Assembly (NCBI GenBank): GCA_030704615.1
Contig: CM060731.1
Span: 42,532,001-42,596,000 of the forward strand
DNA: 64,000 nt
Direction: 5' to 3'
Source of the DNA: Takakia lepidozioides
Taxonomy: Eukaryota; Plantae; Bryophyta
Shown: piece by piece, positions 37,701 to 51,354 of the stretch
Layout of the letters: every line of letters begins with the position of its first letter
How positions within the stretch are numbered: position 1 is the first letter of the stretch
Translations under genes and position numbers: made by a program
The notes under the pieces: generated by a model
Database searches by the model: none
The model's input: only the letters and a program-made list of their open reading frames with translations
What the model was told of the DNA's origin: nothing

Positions 37701-40700
37701 ATGTTTGATTGCCAAGCTCCCACGTTTCTGTCGTCAAACTTGCCTGCACGCACTCTTCCTTCCACTCCCAATTCGTTAGGAAGAAATTGTGTGCTTCAAT
37801 TGCCTCGCTGTCTGTACCCTTCTCTCATGTCTCCAACTCTAGCACTCAACATTACTCTGCATAGTGCATTGCGCACCCGAATGCCTGGAGGAGATGAAAA
37901 AAGGCGCTGTAGTAGGGGGTGGGGATTAGGGTTTCGGAGCACTTCTAGCCTTGGCTCCAGAGGACCACGAGGGCAGAGGGATAGACACGGGCATAGATGC
38001 ACAGTGATGCGCTTTGGGGGAGGTCGCGAAGACTCAGGTTAGGTTTCTCCTTTCGCTCTTGTGTCAGCATGCCGAAATAGAGAGAGGAGTTAATATAGAA
38101 AATTTCCGTCGAAGTGTCCTTTCCCAATTGCCGGCATTATTGAGCACACTCTCCTCCTCTCCCTGTGATCTTTGCTTAGAGATTTACTAATTAAACTTTT
38201 CTTTCTATACTCTTGTGGCCATAAGACCCCGTTCCTGGTTTGGATGGAGCAGATAAGGGGAGGAGGGCAGAAATGGTGCCACTACACAGCATTTGGTGAA
38301 TAGATTGCATGGTAGTCAGCTTTGCATAGACCGCGAGTAGCTCAAGCGCCACTCTTGCCCTACCCTCTATGATGTTTTGATTTATCCGCTAACGGTCTGC
38401 AATCCTGAGGCTATGGTGTGATAATATCATTTGAACTGTGAACAAAGCTTCAGGGGCTGATTAATAGTGGCAAGAGCTGCTTCAAATATAATTGAAAGCT
38501 AGAAGCCAAGAACGAGGTTGCAACGTCCAAGACCAAAGGTTCACATGACAATACTTTGGGGGCAGACCTTAGTCCTGCGGGTTAATCCAATCAGGAATTC
38601 ACCTAGAATTTGGAATGTTGTCAAAGTGGACAGGAGAAAGGGTTTAGGCTGTTTGCAGGGGGTGAAGTTTGCAGTGATTCAGATATATGTTGCCTCATGA
38701 GGTTCAGCTTTGTTCAGTAGATAGGACTAAATTGACGACTGTGTCTCAAGCAGACCAAGTTTTGGCCAAAGAGGGCAGATGAGAATCTCAAGACTGTGAA
38801 TTAGGACAGATGTCCTTGAGAAATCAGTGGAGCAGTCTTGATGCTGAAGTTTAGTAAGCATTTTGGGAACTGCTTACTAAATTGAACAGAAGCTCGGGAC
38901 AGACCGACTCCCAAGTTCTTCTCCGCTTCTAATGAGAAAGTGGAACTCAAGGAGTCCCTATTGTCACCAAACTTTCGGTTTTCAATTAGTTATGAAGCTT
39001 GAGACACTGCTTGAAGCTGTGGCCCTCTTTGGGTCTGAGTTGGGTTGAATGTCCACGTCGAATTGATTCTAGGGCAAAGATATTCCCAAGAAGTTTGGAA
39101 GGCCAGAATCAGGTTCGGGTTAAAAGCAAGCCCCACTACTGACGGAGCTTCTACAATGGTAGTGGGCCTCATTCTGCTCTATTCCGGTTTCCCATCGCCT
39201 TCTCCCCTTTCTGCCCCCTCAATGCAAGAGCAGGCTCTATGGTCGGCAAGTGCAAGTGAAGCCTAACTAGTATCTTTCATTTGTCTTGTTGCTCTCTCTC
39301 TCTCTCTTCCCCCACCCCTCTCTTTCTTCCCTTTATTAAAATTGGTGAGAGGTATGTGGCTCAAAGGATATGGTGAGTAGAGGTTTAATGAGACATCTCA
39401 AGAACCTGCCTTTTCTGGGCTCTGACACTATGTTATTGGGTGACAATTACGATGATGGGCACCATGCAGGTGAGGATTCACCTGAGACATTATTTATGAG
39501 AGAATTACGGAAGCGGGGCATGTCACCAACTTCCACTCCAGAAGAAGGCAAAGACATAAGTACTTTGGGTACAGAGACAAAGGTCAAAGCAGGGGAGAGT
39601 GAATCGGGTGTTGGAAGCATGAGTGGGCCTGGCAGGTCCCCATCAGGTGCCTCCACTAAATTGCCTCAATGGAATGATGAACGTGACAAGGCTAACCAAC
39701 GGGAGCGGTCAATGGCTCTGAACAGTGAAGGACTTGATGTAAGTGTTCTGAAAAGAGCAATGGATTTATTAATCTTTGCTTGAGGTTTATTGATTTGCTG
39801 ATCTGTTTTTCGTTTTCATTGTGTATTTTTATCCTAGTCTGGTATTTATGAACTTCTTAAATTGTTTATTTATTGTAATATACATGTGTCTCATTTTGAA
39901 CCTTCTAGATGGTCCCCTATTATACTAGTTGGCATGGACTCATTGCACTACCCATGGTATAATATCAAATACTTAGTTGCATAGATGGTAGGTTTCCACT
40001 TAAGGTTATGGCCTATGAGGTCACTTCCTCATCCCAAGCTCCCATGGTACGGGGTTTAGAGATTCCAGCTCACAGTCGATGTATCACGAAACCCAACCTA
40101 CAGGTTTGCATTACCAGATTAGACTATGAGATGCTCATCATTCAAAGAAGAAAACTAACTGGGTGATAGTTGTTTGGTGTTTTTGTGACCGACAGAGTAG
40201 GAGTGGTTCTACTTTGAGTAAATCAATCTTTGTTACAAGGTTTTTGATTGTATTATGTTTTTCTGTCTCCAGGGCCTTATACCCAGAGGGCAAGAGTTGT
40301 TGAAGCTAGGGGGTTCGTTCTTCTTGGTGTTCTGGCCACTTATCCTTGCAAGCATCACAGTGTTTCTGGCTTGTTACTTGGTAAGTTGCACCCATGTCTC
40401 AAAGCAAACTTGTGTACTCCCTTTAAAACTCTATGTTCTCACACAGACAAGATAAGGTTTACTTTGTTTTTTACTTGGTAAGTTGCACCCGCACCCGCGT
40501 CTCAAAGCAAACTCATGGAACTGCTTTAAAACTATCTGTAGATAAGGTTTACTTTGTAGTTCTAGAACTGGAAATATGGTAGTATTTGCCACAGTGCTGT
40601 ATTAGAAGCCACTGTCCTGCAGTTTGTCTTCATGATGTACGCATCAAGAGTGGGTAAACCACAAGAATGTGAGATCAATTTCAACTGCTGTCCTTAAGCA

Positions 40701-41214
40701 TTGTGGCACGAACCATGCACCTCTCTTACAGAGTGTTGTAAAGGACAGTGTAAATCTATGGTAATGATGGTATGTTATAATGATCATCCACATTAGCAAG
40801 CTGCCATTCTTGACCACTAACATAAGTTGCTAATGGGTGGATTGTGGTGAGACCTGTGCTGGGATTTCCGTTCTGGCAGAGGTTTTGTTGCAGAGTCTCA
40901 TTAGCTTAGCCGTGATTAGTTAGGATTTATGGCCAGGATTTGTCTCTTTACCGCCCTTCTAGGAAAATTTTTGGTTTTGCTCCCACCAGCTTCCGTTGAA
41001 CATGTAACACTCAGATGGCACTTGGTGATGGCGACATGTTTGGATGTGTGCTTACTAATAGCTGGTTTGTTGCATGCAGTATTTTGGAACAACATTCATA
41101 CACACTGGCAACAACTTACTAGCGCGGCCACCTTATGTAGATCCCTACCAGCTGCTTGAATTGGAAACACTGCCCTCTGCGACGGTTCCTCTTCAAGTAC
41201 CCTTCGATACTTAA
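37701..41214 (+). CDS. Conserved plant protein of unknown function, probable plastid-targeted membrane protein; exons 37701-38037, 39470-39738, 40273-40380, 41080-41214
   Basis: Transit-peptide-like N-terminus, then EDSPETLFMRELRKRGM...NQRERSMALNSEGLDGLIPR..LL.LGGSFFLVFWPLIL...YFG..FIH.G...PPYVDPYQLLE. Splice phases are consistent; the start codon is uncertain. Confidence 0.75.
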
Positions 41215-41884
41215 CACTTCCCATCCCTATAGCTCTCTCCAACAGAATGGATACAGTTGTCCAAGAGTATGTATCTGTAAGGTGGTAGGGGCAGTGGTAT
41301 AAGTAGGATGAGCCACACATGGGATGAGGAAGAAAAAACCTGTGTCAAGAAGGGAAGGGATAGATGTATAGATCTACAACTTGGGGACAAAGGAGTGTTT
41401 GTGGATATCACCTCTAAATGTCCAAGGAATTAGGCTCTAGAGTATCACGGCCATGTAGCCCATAGACCACTTTTTGTTGTATACAATCATTCCACATGTT
41501 TTGTGTACCAAGTTCATGGCTTTTGCTGATCTGATCATCATGTAGAAATTTGTTCTTAATGTGAACTTCAAGCCACGAAGACTTGGAAGCAGACTTCTGC
41601 TCCAAACTTGTAAGACTGTCAATAATCTGAAATGGTTTTTCGCACTGTACCAAGCAGTGTTCTTTTTTTCAAATTGGCTAGGCAGCCCACGTGGCGAATT
41701 TACAAACAAGACGTTTGTATGGCGAGAGAAATCATACGATTGACTGGCTACATCACCTTGAAAAAACTGAAATCTGGCGATGTGTCCCCAAATTGTTGAG
41801 CTTTTTACATAGCCGATTGTGAGGTTTCATATGATGACATGTCCAGTCACCATTTGCGGAGAGGGTGATGGCCACACACTGTAG

Positions 41885-42385
41885 TGGGCCCTCCTCTTGA
41901 TAACCATGATTGTGTCTGGGAGTCGGGGACCCTTGTGCTTTCTGGTGAGCTTGGATGACACAGTGAATTGCGTGATCGAGACGGCACTCCGTGCATATAT
42001 CTGTGAGGGACGCCTACCAGATGTGGGTTGCAACAGTCAGCTTTTCGACCTCTACTGCGCAAATTCTCCCGGTTTTGAAGGTAAGATTCCAACTTCTTCA
42101 GATTAGAAAAGTAGATTCAAAATTGCTACATCTCAGCTATCACCTCCCAATCAACCTTGACCATAGAAATCCTAATTGGTGTTGTAAATGCAGCCTTTAA
42201 GCCCAAGGCAAAACGTTGGAGAGCTGGTTGCCCGCCAATTCATGATGAATAAAAAGCAGCAAAAAAGTGGACAAGAACAGGTGCTAGTATTTGGAGTGGA
42301 GGAAACAGCTGAGCCAACATGCAATCAAGATGGGTGGAGCACAGTGATTTCAATGGCTAGCAAACTTACACTAGTGATTCAATGA
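41885..42385 (+). pseudogene. At4g22758-like plant protein, probably disrupted
   Basis: LLITMIVSGSRGPLCFLV...TVNCVIETALRAYICEGRLP...FDLYCA. There is an upstream in-frame TAG (41882), and the 42081-42193 intron gives a phase mismatch. Confidence 0.55.
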
Positions 42386-43850
42386 GATGGGGAACTACAG
42401 GAGTCTGTGCAGATTAGCCAGGTGTAAAATTATAGAACTCAATGTTAATACCCACTGTAACTTAGAAGTCCATTAGATAGGCTCTTCGCTAGATCCCTGG
42501 GAAATGTTTGTTCAAATCATTGAATCAATGACTATGCCAAGAGGAGGCATTACAGCTAAAAATGCAGACAGCCCCTTCAATTGCGTCTATATCTTCAACG
42601 TTGAGAATTTAGCACAGGCATTCCAGGCAGTCCAGAGTGCATGTATGGAGTTCATCTCTTTGCTTACAAATACTGATGAGTTTTTCCACTTTGCCTCTGT
42701 AATTTCAGGTTTTGGGCATAACCGTAGACATGTATGTGTGTACGACAAGGGAACAGCACAATAGTGGGAGGGTGAGAGATGTATGTCATTGCCTGGAAAC
42801 AAGCATTGTCAGTCTACATTTCTAGCCCACTTAAGTGTGCGTTGTGGTATGGTTGGCTCCCACTAAATGTGGCAAGGGAAGTGTTGAAATAACATGTCAT
42901 GGATATTGCGTCGGATGCATTCTTTGAGCAATATTGCACTTCCATCTTTTGGCTGTGGTACTACTGTCTTCATAATACCTAGACAAGATGCAACTTCTGA
43001 CACAACAGACTACCCAAAATAAATTCAATTTTACTCCATGATCAAACCTATGCAATCCTCTACCAGAAAGTATAGGAGACCCCCCACACCCTGCACCCTC
43101 CTGTGTGACAGAGCCCATGCTGACCGAAGTCACATTTATCGCAATTCCTTGATTCCTTGGATGGACTATGCATCTGCAAGAATCACTTACTTTAGCCTAC
43201 CATAGTCTTTGACATGATAAGTTCCATGACTGCCCTTGGAGATGAGATCTGTAATCTGCTTCAGCTGGTGTGAACTTGGGACTTCAAGTTCTCCCAATCC
43301 CTCAATTGCTGAGCTCAGTCAACATCAAGACTGTCTCTGCACTCCCTTTCAGAGGAATAGCACCAAGATTGCCAGCTTCTAAACCTACTCTTCTTGGTAA
43401 ACATAGATTCTGTTTGAGGAAAATCTGCCATGGCTGTAGTGATGGTTGAAATTACCAATTTGACAAGACTCGACGGACGTTTTACAGTACTTCCTCTACC
43501 TTCTACCCCCTGTGAAGTTTTATGTAACTTGAGGTTTTATAGAAATGCTAGCTAATTGTGCCCACCATATTTTTCTTCAGCATTGGCTGGATCACAGCTC
43601 AGTAGCAAGAGAGATTAATGCAGGGTAGAGACTAGAGACATCTGACATAAAAAATGGTGGCATGGGAATTAGCAGCCCTCCTTCAGTTCACTGTTGTCCA
43701 AGCACAGCCTGTCTTCAAAGTACTGAATGACTTGAGGCATGTATACAATATATATAGAGGGTCGATAACTATTGTGTGAAGACGTGTGTAGCACTGCCAG
43801 GCATCTGTTGTCTTCAGCACAAAACATGCATGAGTGATGCTGCAGAAATT

Positions 43851-45578
43851 CTATCTCTTGGGCCTTTTGGAAGCAGGTTTTCTTCTGGGCACCTTTGACA
43901 TCTTCTTCTTTTTTCTTCTCTTGGGTTGTTTGGACTTCGGTTGCTTTCTTTTCTCGGCTTTCATCTGCACCTTGTTCTGTCGGATCGCTGCTTGAAGGAG
44001 TTCAGACCCGCCCTCAAGCCCGAGAAGTCTTACCAATCCATGGGGTGGAACAAAAACAGGGATCCCTTCCGAAGGAGCGTAGGACCTCATCCTCTTGCAC
44101 AACTTCTTTGCAATTCTGAGCTCTTCAGGATTTTCCGAATGAGCAAACTCCTTTAGCTCTCCACATGTGAAAGCTTTGACATGGATTCCCTTGACACGCC
44201 CACTACGGGAAACAAGAAGGCCTCCATTGGAGTCAGGTAGACGCTCATAAGTAGCAACTCCCTGCATCCATTCAGAAAAACAAACCATTCCAGAAATGAT
44301 CGTCGGCAGATCGGGAATTCTGTTTGATGTGGATCTGCCCTTCTCTGGCATCATCAAATTGCGTAACATTTGTGGAGTCTCGTGTTTAATGGGGTCCTTT
44401 GGGTAGAAGAAGCAGTATACAGTATCATCTTCTCTGGCATCCGTGGCAAGGTCCAAGTATGAGGTTGGTAGTGTTGGTTTCTTCAAGGCCTGAATGGGCT
44501 CCAGTATACAAATGTCCACGTCCTCGTCCATGGCCTTCATTTTTGCTTGGAAAGAAAGGCTACCCTTACGGTAATTTGGATACAGAACGTGTATTGTGTA
44601 TCGCCCTGGATCCTCAACAGCAGCGTGGATGCAATGCAAAGCACCGATGGACTCCCCATGAACGTCCATGAGGGTTACTGTGCCGACACATCTCTCTATG
44701 GCTCTGGGAGCCAAAGCTTCCTCCGGTTTCGAAACGTCGCACACAAACACGCGGCCAGTATGGGCTATCACTTTTTCAAAAGCAGGCTTCATCCACTTGC
44801 CCCATTGGAGATCGTCCAAATGCTCTTCGTCTTGAAATGGTTCACCTGCATGTTATCCACGATGTCATGGCTCAGCCTCTCCTGAATCTTACAGTAATCA
44901 CATGCACTAGGTTGGAGATGATCAGCCGAGGAAATGCAATTCTAGCCACCTGTCTGACATTGGGTTAATGGAGGTCGCAAAGCTGAGGTGCATGCAGAAC
45001 ATGAAGCTGGTGCACCTCCAGACTCAAGCATGTCAGTAATGACTGCTTTGTTGTCCAAGTTCTACTTCAGGGGTGATGAAAGGCCCGCTTCTGCCCTAAA
45101 TCTGGGCATCACATATTGTTGAAATTTAGAGATTGCAACTACAGATGTTGCTCAGATCTCTTGCCCGATCATGTGTAAGTTCACACAAACTCCTGAATAT
45201 CTATGTTGGCAGTGCGGTACACTGCTCCTAGGTACTTCAAGCCTCCAAAATTCTCGCAAGTAAGACTAAGGAGGATTGGTAGGATCAACCAGCTTGATGT
45301 ATTACATGTATTATATATGTGAGTGGAAATGGTGCCAAAAGAAAGTTCTGACCTATGATTGGTGAAGCACGCACAACGATCTTTTTCTCGGTGATCTCGG
45401 CGTTGTCATCGGGAGAGAGAAAAGTATCTCCTCGCAGAACTTCGACACACCAATCCTCTGGAATTCCGCAATGTTGCAGTCTGTTTTTGAGTTCAGAAAA
45501 AGTTGGTGCCTCAAGCTTGTTCCATTCGATCTTCTTCTTACCCTCCTGCTGTGACAACTGTACCTCTATGACCAGCAT
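43851..45578 (-). CDS. Ubiquitin-like header + trypsin-like peptidase domain protein (nucleophile site SNGG) with basic C-tail, ~406 aa; exons 45578-45353, 44845-43851
   Basis: Phase-1 GT-AG intron. Motifs CVGTVTLM...HCIHAA...DICIL...PDSNGGLLVSRSGRVKGIH; K/R-rich tail. Paralogous to the gene at 46308. Confidence 0.7.
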
Positions 45579-46307
45579 TATTCAATTCGTGAGCACTACA
45601 TCAAATGGACATTCTTCACAGGCATGTAGGACAGTCGATACATTTGCAAATTTGAAAGAGGTCGCATTTCAGAATAAGTTGGTTACGCTCTTACGGGAGT
45701 CTTGCACGAAGGTGTAAGATGCAGACATACTGGTTACCTCCTGGAGAAGAGTTCCACTTGTTGCTCACTCCAGGTATCCAATAGGAGCAGCAGAATTGAG
45801 CAACAGTTATGTGGTTCATCCATTTCTCTGAAATCGATGGCTGTCAGAATCACACAATCGGTCACAAATCCCTGCATTCTACTCCCCAAACCTCCGAGGT
45901 TCCCATGGAGTTCCTCTTTCTGGTAGATGATTGTCATGTACCCAATCTCTTTCGTGACCTTTACATGCTCTTGGGTCACACCTCTTCAAATCTATGAACT
46001 ACCTGTTCAAATCTAGAAAGCGCCAAGATATAGAGTGGTAAAAGTTCATGGGCGGTGCGTAGTTCAAGGACTTCAATTACATCTAAAGACAAGTTTGATT
46101 CATCTTTCAACGTGATCGCTCCAGATCTAGCAACTGGGAAATGCAGCTCGCAACCAAAGATTTCGACACCCGGTGGACATTATTCACTTTACATGATTTT
46201 GACTGCAGGAAATGCAAGGCCGAGTCATGGACAACAGAAGAGGTCCTTTTAAAAACGATAGTCCAGACCTTTACTTGACTTTACATTGATATTGAGAGTT
46301 GGAAGAA

Positions 46308-47862
46308 ATGCTGGAGCTAGAGGTACGACTACCGCGGGAGACGAAGAAGATAGAATGGGACAAAGATTCTCCAACTTTTTGCGAGGTCAAAGAAAGACTC
46401 GAAAACTGTGGAGTTGCAAGAAATTGGTGTGTGGAGATCTTGCGTGGAGACGAATATCTCTCCCTTGATGACAACACGCAACTGAATGACGTAAAAAAAC
46501 TCACAGTGCGAGCATCACCCATCTCGGAGGAGGATTTGCTTCAGAAAGGCCCATCTGCACGCGATGAAACAGGTAAGCCTGAAGAAAAGCTTATTCCTTT
46601 CTTGCTTCTCAGTCTAAGCCCACCATTACAATTAGAAAGCACTCGCCTGGGAATTGGCATGTGTATGTATCAATTGCTTGCAAGGTACTTCCATTCTGAA
46701 GGCCTACGAATTGGCATGCCTCAGGACAGTAAAGGTAAGTCACGGGTGCGCAGCTGGTGAGGTTGATGGCACCAGTAGCGCTGAGTCCATGGAACTCTCT
46801 GAATCCATATATCTTTTTCCTGTTGCAGGCACATCCGAGGCTAGAACCACCCTGAGCAAGAAACCTGAGGTGGCAGAAATGTTTGAAAATGTCATCAGCT
46901 ATGTGGGCCGGGTGTTTGTATGCGATCGTGGCTGCGAGGATTCCAGAATTACTTCTATTGAGAATTGTAAAGGTACAGTAGGACTGATTGGATCCAATGG
47001 AGAATCCATCGGTTGTTGGCATACTGTGGAGGATGCAGTACTGAATCGCCGAGGCAAATATAAGGTGTTCATTGAATACCCGAACTACCCACACAATCTT
47101 TTCTTTCAAGCTCAAATCAAGGATAACCTTATCAGCAATGAGCTGGATTTGTTTGTTGCGGAGCCCATTGAAGAATTGGAGTATGAAACTGCGCACCTCC
47201 AATGTGCAAATGATGTGGCACTAGCAGACAGTGTCCACTGCTTTGGCTTCCCGGACGTAGTCGACCGTGAGATAGTGTCAGGGTATAAGAAGATGAAGAG
47301 GAAAAAGGGTGAGAAATACACTCACTCTGAAGTGGAAAGAAGATTGAAGCTCCCTACCATTTTATCAGGACGCGTTTGTTTTAATGGGTGGAAGCAAGCT
47401 GTGGCAGACTACCTCTGTTTCCCCAACTGTTCAGGCGGTATCGTTGTTGACGACTACGGCCGTCTCAAAGGAGTTCATGTCGCAGCATTCAGAGTTGGAA
47501 GGAAGCTAAATTTTCAAAGGCTGAGGGTGACCAAGGCCAAGCTGAAATCAGGAACTCACGGGAACAAGAAACAAGATAACATAAATGTCGATAAAAGCTT
47601 ACGGAAGCTCTATGAAGGAATGAATTCATTCTGTTCAGACACCGCCTGCTGCCTCAATGCATGCAAGAATGAGGTTGCTGCTTTCGTTCCAATCCATATC
47701 TTCGAGGAACCCCTCGAACTCAAACGCCTGCGATTGATCCGCTGGAAGCAGCCTAAATCCTCGCTTTTAAAATCTAGAGGAGGAATCGCAGAAACGGAAG
47801 ACAACAGACATGGGAAAAAAGCAAGAGGACAAACTTCTCAGAACCCATTAATTTGGTTTTGA
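46308..47862 (+). CDS. Ubiquitin-like header + trypsin-like serine peptidase domain protein, ~432 aa; exons 46308-46572, 46829-47862
   Basis: Phase-1 GT-AG intron. CKGTVGLI...GCWHTV...DLFVA...PNCSGGIVVDDYGRLKGVH gives an intact H-D-S triad pattern. Confidence 0.7.
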
Positions 47863-48256
47863 AATCATCCCAATCAAAGCGTCACTTTTTGAAAATATGT
47901 GCGTGGTGGTGTACACATGAAACTCCTCAAACTCTCTCACTATCCGTCCTGTCACTTCACTGACATTCAAAAGCTCAGTCTTTTTGGGTCTTCTGTCTGT
48001 GTTCATTCTGTAGCAAGCATTTTAGTCGATAGTGAACAACAGAATGAGAGATATACATACTCCTGAAGATAATCCACCGGTGGAAGCACTTACAGCCATC
48101 AGCAATGCCACTACACTGACCACTATATTACCTTTCGATGAGAATGAGCATTGGATGCAACTGCAAGCAAGGCACTGTCGTTCGTCACTACTTATCGTTC
48201 TCAGCTTGCATTTTGTAACTTTGCATGCCACACATTGCTCTTTTCATGCCGAAACA

Positions 48257-49216
48257 CATGTAGTCGTCACCGACTACATGTCAGTGTAATTGACTGATTC
48301 CGTATGGATTTTCAAAAGGGGTGAACACGTAGCACTCTTTATAACTGTTGAAATTGAAGGTCGGTACCGACTACAGCACACAAGGTAATGCAAACAGTAA
48401 AGGTCGGTGCCGATTAAAAGTATATGAGATTGTGGAATGTGCGGTCTTCATCAAATTATATGGAAATTGATCTCTTTCGAAGGCCTAACAGTGAAGGTCG
48501 GTGCCGACTACATGTGCACATCCTCTCATTGAAACGTGGTAAATGGGATATTGTAGGCAAATCCCACAGTTCTTATGCCCAATAGTGAAGCCATATGCCG
48601 AGTAATAGCATAAAACCACCTTCCAACATCGGATTTGTCATATTATGGGCTCATTCCAATGGACCAACGGCCATGAGTGATGGTCGGTGCCGATTAGAAG
48701 CATATGAGGTCAAGGAAACAACGGAATTGGTCATACAATAGGCAAATTGAACTGATCGAGGGGTTTTCAATGGAGGTCGGTGCCGACTAAAGGTACATGG
48801 GTCCATGGATACGACGACAATGATGACATATTATAAGAAAATACGATTCATCCGCAACGAGTACATTCCAATTACCCAATGGCTCTCATGATTGCACGGG
48901 ATAGTCGGTGCCGACTTCCGTTGGTGGATGCACAGATGGAGTCGTGGCTTCACTGAAGTTGGTGCCGATTATCACCCAATCCGGCCCCATAAGCCACCAA
49001 CACTGCGGGTTTATTTCTTATCTCAGTGTAGTCGTTGCCGACTTTCAAAAGAGGAGGCAGTTATGTGCTCGGAGCACGACCTTGCTATCCAACATTTGGA
49101 ATATCCTAAAATTTCCTTAAAGTCGTCAATGACTTGAAGTAGTGCATTTCTTTTGGCATTCCAATCCTCTGCCTTAGTACAATTTCTATTTCAAATTGGA
49201 AGAAGTCGGTGCCGAC
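48257..49216. repeat. Dispersed array of ~10 GTCGGT(G/A)CCGA(C/T) near-palindromes
   Basis: Cores start at 48263, 48360, 48403, 48497, 48683, 48776, 48904, 48958, 49031 and 49205. Confidence 0.85.
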
Positions 49217-49340
49217 CACAGTTTCAGTAGAACCCGTCGCGAGGATGTGAGGGTATATGATAAGGAAGACGTCGCCCACAGTCTGGTCCAAGAGAAGTGT
49301 AGAAGGGCTTGGATAAGGCAGGCTATGGTGTGAGAGAAAG

Positions 49341-51354
49341 ATGCCTTCGCTTGTTGTGTGCACATATGCAGTGGCACGTTTGACAAGATTTGGGAGGTAT
49401 GAAAGTGGGGATGTCAAAGCTGATAAGTCCCCACAGCGTTTATTGAGATTATGCTCTCCACAGAGGTTTGGTGGTAGAAGCACAGTACATGGGATTGGCA
49501 AGTCGCATTCTTGCAGCCGACTAGTCAGAAAATCCATCTCAGATTATTCGAATGGTAGACATAATGGTGGTTTTAGGAATGTTAGTGGTCAAGAGTCGAA
49601 GACACGTGACGTTGTGGCTCAGGCCCTCAAGGGAGAATGTGGAGCAGAGGAAGATGAAAAAGAGAGCAAGCAGAGAGATGCAGAAATCGACGTTGCACTG
49701 AAGGATTCTCATGAGACAGTTTGGGACGAGAAGGAGCGGCCACTGATGGACGAGGATGTTCGGGTGCTCACGAGATTTAGAAGTAGGTATGTCCTCTTTC
49801 GTCAGATGAGCTGTTTCTGGGCCACTTTTGGGTAGTGCACTAATTGGATGTCTAATACTTCATGCATGCGATTGCTAATTTGTTGATAAATTCCCAGATA
49901 CAATTTTGTGCAAGTCCTGGAGGTAGCGAGAGGGGCTAACCATGTGCTAGCTGGAGCCCGTATGCTTCTCCTCGATAATCCAGGTAACATTCACAGCATC
50001 TACTATCAACACAAGGTGCTAACTTGCTCCTACTATGATGAGTTTGCAACTCTAGTGCCCCTTCTTCCACAGGGCCCAGTGGGGATTCTTGGACTGGGAG
50101 CGGGCACAGCAGCCCACATCATTCATCATTTTTGGCCCACTGTAAGCCTGCATGGATGGGAGCTTGACCCAGACATCATTTCCGTAGCAAGAGAATTCTT
50201 CAATCTATCATGGCTGGAACAGGGAGGACAAAAACTGCCAGATGAGAGTGTGTCCCAATTGGAGCATGTGGACACTGGTCCCTTGAAAGGGTGCAGTTAT
50301 TCAGGCAAATTTGGAAGTGAAGAACAGGGTACCAAACTTGGTGAAGGGAAAGACTGTGATTCAACAAGAGAAAGATATTCTGGTAGAGAGTCTGGGAGGC
50401 TAACAGTCCACACAGGGGATGCCTTGGGCCCCAATGCGAATATAGAGGCAGGATTTGCGGGTCTGATAGTTGACTTGTTTGCGGATGGAGCAGTGATTCC
50501 TGCTCTTCAGCAACCCCAGACTTGGCAGCAGCTGAGAGAGAGATTATGCCCTGGAGGTAAGTTTTCACAAAACAAGCTCGTCTCACAATGCAGCATGGCT
50601 CTGTATGGCCTACTGTGAAATGGGTAGCTTCTTTGACGACTAGCACCCATCAACTCTCTTTCTTTTTTCCCAAAGAAACCTCATTGCCTTATGTCTATGT
50701 GGGGGTTTGGGGCGTCGGGTAATGTTAGAAGGAGGGCCACATTTTAAGTAAGGTGGGCTGATATAGCCTTGGTGGCAGCAGTTTCTACTGGATCAGACCA
50801 ACCCAATTGCTGGCTTAAGGAGATCAGCAGTCTATGTGAGTGTTTGCAGGGCATTAGGCTTGCCCAACACCGTTGATCAACTTGCCAAAGCTCCACTTAA
50901 CCCAGAAACTGGTGTTCTATTGCAGGCTTTGCAGACCTAGCCACCTGGATACTCAATTTCTCCCAAAGAGTGCAATCACATAGATAGTTAGCCGGGGAGT
51001 AGCCAGACACTTGTAATCCTCAGCAAATCTCCTTCTCTTCAGATGATGCAAGCATTTCTTGTGAGTGTATCCAACTGACAAATTGTTTATGCATCTCAAG
51101 GTCGTATCATGGTCAATTGTGGAGGCTCCATGGAATCAAGGGGCAACCAGAAGAGTGCTGGCCAAGTGCTTATGGAGGAAACAATTGCTGCAGTTGCTGA
51201 GATATTTCCCGGGGAAACCTCAACGAGGTATCTGGCAAGGAAGGCACATAACACGTTAGCCTTGACTGGGCCTCCCCCTAATGTGCAAGCTTGGAAGCAA
51301 GCACTGCCGAAGTGCTTGACAGAAGACATCACAGACTGGGTCACTGTGCCCTAA
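49341..51354 (+). CDS. Class I SAM-dependent methyltransferase superfamily protein (spermidine-synthase-like fold), probably organelle-targeted; exons 49341-49786, 49898-50556, 51101-51354
   Basis: RFRSRYNFVQVLEV...LLLDNPGNIHS...YYDEFATL..LLPQGPVGILGLGAGTAA...HGWELDP...VHTGDAL...GLIVDLF...GGRIMVNCGG. Confidence 0.85.
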
